NCBI GenBank assembly: GCA_963840855.1
Contig: CAWJBB010000079.1
Span: forward strand, 64,001 to 128,000
DNA length: 64,000 nucleotides
Direction: 5' to 3'
Origin: an uncultured delta proteobacterium
GTDB taxonomy: Bacteria > Desulfobacterota > Binatia > UBA9968
The position numbers and the translations under genes are program-made. Shown here in pieces: positions 57,617-64,000 of the stretch. Each line of letters begins with the position of its first letter. Positions within the stretch are counted from its first letter, which is position 1. The notes under the pieces were generated by a model. It was not told where the DNA came from. It was given only the letters and a program-made list of their open reading frames with translations, and searched no databases.

Positions 57617-59323
57617 ATGCCCAGAATGGGAAGGGCTAAAGACATAACCCGCAGGCAATTTCTAACCTACTCCGGCGCCGCTGCGGCAGGGTTGATGCTC
57701 GACGCCCAACGGCCGCAAACAACCCGGGCGGCGCAGAAAAAAACCAAAAACATCGTTTTCATCGAAGCCCGGCCGATGACGGCGTTCACCAAACTGGGGG
57801 TACGCAGAACCGAGGTTGTCGGCGGCCTCACCATGTCCGCGCTCGTGACGGCGACGAATTGGAAAACGCAGCACGAGCCGCTCCTCGCCACGGAGGTCCC
57901 GTCATTAGACAAGGGCACCTGGGAACTGCTCAAGGACGGACGCATGCGCACGGTTTGGCAGCTGCGTAAGAATATCAAGTGGCACGACGGAGCTGATTTT
58001 TCGGCGCAGGATTATGTCTTCGGGTGGCAAGTCGCGCTGGACCCAAGTGTAAATTACCGCACGCGGACCTTCGAGCAGAAGATGGAAAGGGTCGAGGCGC
58101 CGGATCCCTATACCCTCGTGCTCACCTGGAAAGACAGTTTCCCCCTTGCCAATGAGCTCTTCCAGGGCAATTTCTTTCCGCTGCCGCGCCATCTGCTGGA
58201 GAAGGATTATCGGAAAGATCCCAAAGGTTTTAATCGCCTTCCTTACCACACCTCGAAGTTCGTCGGCTTGGGCCCTTACAAGGTCGTCGATTGGCGCCAG
58301 GGCAATCAGATTCTGCTCGAAGCCTTCGATCAGTACTTTCTAGGCCGGCCAAAGATCGATACCATCACCTGGAAGTCTATCGAGGACGACAACGCCGTGG
58401 TCGCCAATATACTTGCCGGCCAGGGCCATTTCTCGGTGCGCGCAATGGACGTCGAGCAGGGACTAGTCTTGCGCGAGCAGTGGGAAGGCAAAGGACAGGG
58501 AAAAGTGTATTTCACCTCGGCGGGTCTTGCCCGCATCGCGCCGAGCACGATTTCCGAGCCCTGGCTCAAAGATATTCGAGTGCGCCGCGCCCTGCTCCAT
58601 GGCATCGACCGGGAGACCATGGTCAAAACCCTCTTCAAGGGCGCCCAACCGGTGGCGCACAGCCTCGCGGCCGAGCGTCACGTGAACGTGTGGCCGCTGG
58701 TGAAGGACAAGCTTCGACGTTACGCTTACGACCCAAACCTTGCGGCGAAATTGCTCCAGGAAGCGGGCTGGAAGAAGGGCTCGGACGGCGTCCTAGTCAA
58801 CGACAAGGGCGAGAGATTTGCCGTTCGCTTCGAGGTGGCCTCGGACAACACAGTGGAAATCAACGTTCAGGCGGTAGTGAGCGATTACTGGAAAAAAATC
58901 GGCGTAATGGCGACTCCGGCGAACGAACGCGATCGCATCCTTAACGACCCCGATCATCGCAATCGCTGGAAGGGGTTGCGCTACACCAGGCATAATCTCG
59001 AACTCGATGACCTCTCCGAGCAATGGCATAGCCGAGCCACGCCCAAGCCGGAAAATCAATGGATTCAACAGAATGAAAGCGGCTGGAGCGGCGCGGACGA
59101 TCTCATCGACCGATGGGAAAAAGAGCTGCGCGCCGAACGGCGCAACCAGCTGCTGGCGGAGATCGCCATTCGCTTTGCCGAGCAGATTCCGGTGCTGCCG
59201 CTCTACAACTACACGGAGATCGTCACGGTCCACAAAGGGCTGCAAAAGGCCGGGCCGCGCCTCGGCACCGGCGGCGACAATGCGGCGTCGTGGAACGCCT
59301 TTGAATGGGACTTTATTGAATAG
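57617..59323 (+). CDS. peptide/nickel ABC transporter substrate-binding protein (family 5), Tat signal
   Basis: TRRQFL, LRKNIKWHDG, GLGPYK, VRRAL..IDR, LLQEAGW. Confidence 0.92.
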   Translation: MPRMGRAKDITRRQFLTYSGAAAAGLMLDAQRPQTTRAAQKKTKNIVFIEARPMTAFTKLGVRRTEVVGGLTMSALVTATNWKTQHEPLLATEVPSLDKGTWELLKDGRMRTVWQLRKNIKWHDGADFSAQDYVFGWQVALDPSVNYRTRTFEQKMERVEAPDPYTLVLTWKDSFPLANELFQGNFFPLPRHLLEKDYRKDPKGFNRLPYHTSKFVGLGPYKVVDWRQGNQILLEAFDQYFLGRPKIDTITWKSIEDDNAVVANILAGQGHFSVRAMDVEQGLVLREQWEGKGQGKVYFTSAGLARIAPSTISEPWLKDIRVRRALLHGIDRETMVKTLFKGAQPVAHSLAAERHVNVWPLVKDKLRRYAYDPNLAAKLLQEAGWKKGSDGVLVNDKGERFAVRFEVASDNTVEINVQAVVSDYWKKIGVMATPANERDRILNDPDHRNRWKGLRYTRHNLELDDLSEQWHSRATPKPENQWIQQNESGWSGADDLIDRWEKELRAERRNQLLAEIAIRFAEQIPVLPLYNYTEIVTVHKGLQKAGPRLGTGGDNAASWNAFEWDFIE

Positions 59324-59344
59324 GTCAGACAAACGGATTGAACG

Positions 59345-60481
59345 ATGACAAATAACCAGCTTGAGCAGGAGATCGTCGCAGTCCGCACCGACGATGGCCA
59401 CGCCCTCGATGGCCTGCTCGTGTGGGATGCTCAATCAAGGCCAAGGGGCGCAACTCTAAGCATGCATCCCGATGGCTCGGGGCTCAAGCACTTTGAGCTC
59501 GAGCCGCTGGCCCGGCAAGGATTTCTGGCGCTCAGGCTAAAATCCCGCTTTGCCGGCAACAACTCGACTATGACCATGGAAGAAATCATGCTCGACATTG
59601 CCGGCGGAGTTAGGTTTCTGCGCGAGCGCGGCTGCCAAAAAGTCGCTCTGTTCGGGCACAGCGGCGGCGGCCCGCTCATGGCTTTTTACCAGAGCCAGGC
59701 CGAAAGCCCCACCGTCAAATCTACGCCGGCCGGCGATCCGCCGGACCTCACCAGAGCGGCGCTGCCACAAGCCGATGGTATCATCATCACCAATTCCCAC
59801 TTGGGGAGACATGTCGAATTCACCCAACGGATCGACCCCTCGGTCACTGACGAGTCTGACCCGTTCTCGCTGGACCCATCGTTGGACATGTACAATCCGG
59901 CAAATTACGAAATTAAGAATGGCGGGGTAGTCTATTCTCCCGCCTTCTTGGAGACCTATCGCAAGGCGCAGCGGGCCCGTTGCGATCGCATCGCCGATTG
60001 GGCGCGCGCCAAACTTCAACAGGTCAAAGAAAGAGCGCACAAGGGTATCCACGATTTGCCCTTCGTTCTGTATCGAACCATGGCCAACCCGAGGTTCTTA
60101 GACCGCGTGAATTTCAAATCCGGCATGCGCACCGGGACTCTATGGGGGGATCCCTACACCCTCAACTATACTGCGCAGCGGGGCCGCGAGGGACCTTTCA
60201 TAACGCTCAAATCTTGGTTCTCGCATCTTTATTACGCCACAGCCAACGCCGACACCCTGCGCCATATCGCCCTAGTCAAAGCGCCGCTACTAGTGCTCGG
60301 AGGAACGGCGGACCACGGCGGGGATCTTTCAGGGGCAGTCTACCAGGCGGCCACGACCACGGACAAAAAACTTGAGTATGTTGAAGGAGCGAGCCACTGG
60401 TTCGAGAGCAGCCCCGAGCATCTGCAGCAAGCCATGGCAATCACTTCTGATTGGTTGAGAGCGAGGGGGTTTAGTCAATAA
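59345..60481 (+). CDS. alpha/beta fold hydrolase
   Basis: MHP, FGHSGGG nucleophile motif, GTAD, GASH. Confidence 0.88.
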   Translation: MTNNQLEQEIVAVRTDDGHALDGLLVWDAQSRPRGATLSMHPDGSGLKHFELEPLARQGFLALRLKSRFAGNNSTMTMEEIMLDIAGGVRFLRERGCQKVALFGHSGGGPLMAFYQSQAESPTVKSTPAGDPPDLTRAALPQADGIIITNSHLGRHVEFTQRIDPSVTDESDPFSLDPSLDMYNPANYEIKNGGVVYSPAFLETYRKAQRARCDRIADWARAKLQQVKERAHKGIHDLPFVLYRTMANPRFLDRVNFKSGMRTGTLWGDPYTLNYTAQRGREGPFITLKSWFSHLYYATANADTLRHIALVKAPLLVLGGTADHGGDLSGAVYQAATTTDKKLEYVEGASHWFESSPEHLQQAMAITSDWLRARGFSQ

Positions 60482-60506
60482 GGGGGATTTTCTTTTGGGG
60501 TAATCT

Positions 60507-61631
60507 ATGTACCGCAGCGTCTTTGACACGGAACTGCAGAGTGAGCTGGTCACCCTCAAGTCCCAGGACGGCGCTCGCATCAACGGCACGCTGGTCTGGA
60601 AGGGAGACAAGCGACCTACCACTGGGGTCCTCTCGATGCATCCTGCCAGCCACGGATTGCGCCACTTCAGCATCGAAGGGCTGGGCGAGGTGGGGTTGGC
60701 GGCATTGCGGCTGCGCTCGCGCTTCGCCGGAGACGATAGCACGCTGATCATGGAAGAGATTATGTTGGACATCGCCGCGGGCGTCAAATTTCTGCGCGAT
60801 TGGGGCTGCCGCAAAGTTGTCCTGTTCGGCCACAGTGGCGGCGGCCCGCTCATGAGTTTTTACCAGAGCCAGGCCGAAGCCCCCACTGTGAAAGCCACGC
60901 CGGCGGGCGATCCACCGGACTTAACGACGGCCGCGCTGCCGCAGGCGGACGCGCTCATCACTTCGGGCGCTCATTTGGGAAGACACCAATCCCTGGCCGA
61001 GCGCATCGACCCCGCCGTTGTCGACGAAAACGATCCATTCGCAACCGACCCCGATCTCGACATGTTTAACCCCACCAATGGACCACCATACTCAAACGAA
61101 TTTTTATCGCGCTATCGTAACGCGCAGGCAGCGCGGCAAAAAAAAATCACGGCTTGGGCGATACTAAAATTGGCAGAATCGCAAAAGCGCAATCATCCTG
61201 TAACCAGGGACCTGCCCTTTATCGTCTGGCGCACGGAGGCGGACCCGCTCTATCTCGATCTTTCCATTGAGCCTAATCGGCGCAGCCGCGGTAATAACCG
61301 GGGCGACGATACTTTCGCGCTCAACTACGCGCCCAAGGCCCAGGGGCGTTTCAGCTCGCTCCGATCGTGGCTTTCCCAATGGGGAAGCACCACCTCCAAC
61401 GCCGATACCTTAAAACACATCGCTCGCATCAGCGTTCCGCTGCTTATCACCCAGGGGACGGCGGACCGCTCGCCCATGAGCCGCGCCACGCGGATTTTTG
61501 AGGCGGCTGGAACGAAGGATAAATCACTCTACTGGGCAGAAGGCGCAACCCACTACTACCGGAGACAAAAGGAAGTCTTGCTCGAGACCTGCCGGCATAT
61601 CCTCGAATGGTTGAACGCGCGCGGCATGTAG
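60507..61631 (+). CDS. alpha/beta fold hydrolase, paralogue of 59345
   Basis: MHP, FGHSGGG, GTAD, GATH; long near-identical stretches shared with 59345. Confidence 0.88.
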   Translation: MYRSVFDTELQSELVTLKSQDGARINGTLVWKGDKRPTTGVLSMHPASHGLRHFSIEGLGEVGLAALRLRSRFAGDDSTLIMEEIMLDIAAGVKFLRDWGCRKVVLFGHSGGGPLMSFYQSQAEAPTVKATPAGDPPDLTTAALPQADALITSGAHLGRHQSLAERIDPAVVDENDPFATDPDLDMFNPTNGPPYSNEFLSRYRNAQAARQKKITAWAILKLAESQKRNHPVTRDLPFIVWRTEADPLYLDLSIEPNRRSRGNNRGDDTFALNYAPKAQGRFSSLRSWLSQWGSTTSNADTLKHIARISVPLLITQGTADRSPMSRATRIFEAAGTKDKSLYWAEGATHYYRRQKEVLLETCRHILEWLNARGM

Positions 61632-61739
61632 ACGCGTGGCGCTTTGCCCTCCCGGGGAGTAGTAGCGCGCGCGGCGGGACAGCGCAATCAAATCCGTAAT
61701 GGCAGGTTGACGTATCTCTCGCTCGTTCTTTGAGGACTC

Positions 61740-62708
61740 ATGATCCACTATATCGTGCGCCGTTTGTTGCAGATGATCCCGCTCCTCTTCTTCCTTTCGC
61801 TCCTGATATTCGCCGCCCTGACGAGCATGCCCGGAGATCCACTGCGGAGCATGCTTGAGGAGCTTCCCAAGATGACCCCTGAGGAATATCAACGCTTGCG
61901 CGAACTTTACGGCCTGGACGATCCGATTCATATCGGCTACCTCAAATGGCTCTGGCAAGTACTGAACGGCAATTTTGGCTATTCTAAGGAATACCATCTG
62001 CCGGTGTGGGAATTGATCGGCGGACGGCTCTGGAACACGCTCATTCTTACCGTTACGGCGTTTGTCCTTGGCAAGACGCTCGCCATCGTGATTGGCGCTT
62101 ATTCCGCGCGCCATCCCTACTCGCTGCTCGACTACGGTGCCATGGGGTTTGCCTTCTTCGGTTTCTCTGTTCCAGGCTTTTGGTTGGGGCTCACGCTCAT
62201 CATTGTGTTTTCCGTCTATCTCCAGTGGTTTCCCGCGAGTGGCGTAGCAAGCGCTCATCTGGCGGGGAGCGGCTGGGAGATTTTTCACGATCGGGCGCAA
62301 CATCTGGTATTGCCGGTGGTCACACTGGCAGTCTCTGAGACTGCCTCGACGACTCGATACATGCGCTCGAGCCTGCTGGAAGTCGTTCGCCAGGACTACA
62401 TCACCAACGCGCGCTCAAAAGGACTCAGCGAGCAAACGATTCTCGTTCGCCACGCGTTGAAAAACAGCATGATCCCGGTGGTCACGGTGAGCGCGCTTTC
62501 TTTGGCTCGCCTCATCGGCGGCTCGACGGTAATTGAAACCGTATTCGGCTATCCGGGCATGGGTAAGCTTCTCTTTGACTCCATCATGGGCAGCGATTAC
62601 CCCCTCGCCATGGCCATTCTCCTGCTCATGTCGTTATTCGTCATCTTCGCCAACTTGATAGCGGATGTTCTCTACGCCTGGCTGGATCCGCGCATTCGCT
62701 ACACGTAA
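61740..62708 (+). CDS. peptide ABC transporter permease (DppB/OppB-like)
   Basis: YIVRRL, PGDP, YGLD, SVPGFW, RYMRSS..DYITNARSKG, LDPRI. Confidence 0.93.
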   Translation: MIHYIVRRLLQMIPLLFFLSLLIFAALTSMPGDPLRSMLEELPKMTPEEYQRLRELYGLDDPIHIGYLKWLWQVLNGNFGYSKEYHLPVWELIGGRLWNTLILTVTAFVLGKTLAIVIGAYSARHPYSLLDYGAMGFAFFGFSVPGFWLGLTLIIVFSVYLQWFPASGVASAHLAGSGWEIFHDRAQHLVLPVVTLAVSETASTTRYMRSSLLEVVRQDYITNARSKGLSEQTILVRHALKNSMIPVVTVSALSLARLIGGSTVIETVFGYPGMGKLLFDSIMGSDYPLAMAILLLMSLFVIFANLIADVLYAWLDPRIRYT

Positions 62709-62724
62709 CGGAAGATGAAAACAG

Positions 62725-62800
62725 AGTTCAAAACAGTTCAAACTATTTAAACCGTTTGAACAGAGCGAAGCGATTGAACAGAGCGTAAGCGGTTGAACGG
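62725..62800. repeat. GTTCAA/TTGAAC-core repeat cluster
   Basis: AGTTCAAAAC AGTTCAAAC..GTTTGAAC, then TTGAACAGAGCG(A/T)A(A)GCG x2 and TTGAACGG. Confidence 0.7.
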
Positions 62801-62822
62801 TTCGCGTCTGACGCGCTAAGTG

Positions 62823-63737
62823 ATGATGCAGTCAAGCCTCGGCATTGAAGGACCGGAGTTTATTCACGTGGCCGTCGCGGCGCGCGCGACGGGCTATTGG
62901 GCTGGGGTCTGGAGACGCTTTAAGAAACACCGCCTGGCGATGGTCTCTTGGTATTTTTTGCTCACTCTGGTCGTCGCAGTCGTCGTCGTCCCTGAGATCC
63001 TTCCCTATCGCTACGATCAGGTTTCGCTCCAGGAGCGCTTTCTTCCGCCTTCCTGGCATCATCCTTTTGGTACCGATGAGCTGGGGCGCGACGTCTTCAC
63101 CCGGGTTCTTCATGGTGGCAGGGTCTCTCTGGCCGTAGGATTTAGCGTTGCGCTCAGCAGCATGCTCCTGGGCGGCTTCGCTGGTTGCGCCAGCGGTTAC
63201 GTTGGCGGTGCCGCCGATAATCTCATGATGCGCGTGGTCGATATTGCCCAGAGTTTGCCGCGCGTTGCCGTTCTGCTCGTGCTCTCGAAGGTTCTTGGCG
63301 GCGGCATGTTCAACCTGATCATGGTTCTGGTATTGCTGGAATGGACCGATGTGGCGCGCCTCGCGCGCGGCGTGGTCCTGAGCGTCAAAGCCCAGCCGTA
63401 CATCGACGCGGCGCGCGCCGGCGGGATTTCAGATGTACGGATTCTTACCCGCCATCTGCTGCCCAACACCATGGCGCCGCTCATCGTCTCCGCCACCCTC
63501 GATGCGGGACGGGCGATCCGTTCGGAAACGACGCTGAGTTTTTTGGGCTTGGGAATTGCTCCGCCACTGTCGAGTTGGGGCAATCTTCTCAGCAACGCCT
63601 CGGCGTATTACTTTACCGCCCCGCTGCTGGTTTTCATCCCGGGTCTGTTCATTTTCGTCACGCTGCTCAGCTTCAATCTCCTGGGTGACGGGCTCAGGGA
63701 CGCGATGGATCCGCGCTTCGCCGGAAAGGAAGATTAA
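62823..63737 (+). CDS. peptide ABC transporter permease (DppC/OppC-like)
   Basis: [48 protein letters not shown]. Confidence 0.93.
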   Translation: MMQSSLGIEGPEFIHVAVAARATGYWAGVWRRFKKHRLAMVSWYFLLTLVVAVVVVPEILPYRYDQVSLQERFLPPSWHHPFGTDELGRDVFTRVLHGGRVSLAVGFSVALSSMLLGGFAGCASGYVGGAADNLMMRVVDIAQSLPRVAVLLVLSKVLGGGMFNLIMVLVLLEWTDVARLARGVVLSVKAQPYIDAARAGGISDVRILTRHLLPNTMAPLIVSATLDAGRAIRSETTLSFLGLGIAPPLSSWGNLLSNASAYYFTAPLLVFIPGLFIFVTLLSFNLLGDGLRDAMDPRFAGKED

Positions 63738-63796
63738 TGGCATCTCGAGTTGAGAGTCCAACCCGAGATCTGAAACCGGAAAATCGCAACTTGACT

Positions 63797-64000
63797 ATGA
63801 GCCTGCTCCAGGTACGCAACCTCACCACTCATTTTTACACTGCGACCGGTGTCGTGCGCGCCGTCGACGGTGTCAGTTACGATCTTGAGGAAGGCGAGAC
63901 CATGGGGCTCGTTGGCGAAAGCGGCAGCGGCAAAAGCGTCTCAGCGCTGTCCGTGATGCGCCTCGTTCCCGATCCGCCGGGGCGCATCGTCGCAGGCGAA
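63797..64000 (+). CDS. peptide ABC transporter ATP-binding protein (DppD/OppD-like), 5' part only
   Basis: Own translation [28 protein letters not shown]; runs off the window. Confidence 0.9.
   Translation, partial: MSLLQVRNLTTHFYTATGVVRAVDGVSYDLEEGETMGLVGESGSGKSVSALSVMRLVPDPPGRIVAGE

Noticed and set aside
61654-61720. yybP-ykoY riboswitch suggested by GGGGAGTAG
   Set aside because: The downstream CGTCA..AC and GCGAGACC-type elements are absent, and the context (inside a peptide ABC operon) is atypical.
175-62800. CRISPR array interpretation of the short periodic repeats
   Set aside because: Units are 6-9 bp, contiguous and inverted, with no 25-40 bp repeats separated by unique spacers; no cas genes were seen.

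Overview
GC-rich bacterial chromosomal segment, densely coding and dominated by catabolic and transport genes: amidohydrolases, an ICL/PEP-mutase, an LLM oxidoreductase, VOC proteins, cupins, MmgE/PrpD, a Rieske oxygenase next to a 4,5-dihydroxyphthalate-decarboxylase-like gene, M24 and alpha/beta hydrolase pairs, and many NitT/TauT, Bug, Liv, Fbp-like and Dpp/Opp transporter components. The gene repertoire and intergenic repeats resemble Candidatus Binatia/deltaproteobacterial genomes (inference only). No rRNA, tRNA, CRISPR array, integrase or transposase was recognised. Intergenic regions carry several repeat families: GTAG-type REP doublets, TTGAAC-based 7-mer/9-mer palindromes and nested MITE-like elements. 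Several genes are broken by single-base frameshifts (mainly 12.7-17.2 kb and 47.8-49.3 kb), which may be assembly errors. The most unusual region is 44.9-51.0 kb. There, three nucleotide-using domains that normally work in the cytoplasm or as toxin tips each carry an export signal: a ParB/Srx-like lipoprotein, a zeta-toxin-like P-loop kinase bracketed by two near-identical REP doublets, and a CYTH-NHL fusion. They sit beside an NTT-type ATP/ADP translocase, making this a candidate extracytoplasmic nucleotide-dependent system. All family assignments come from motif recognition by eye; no database search was run.
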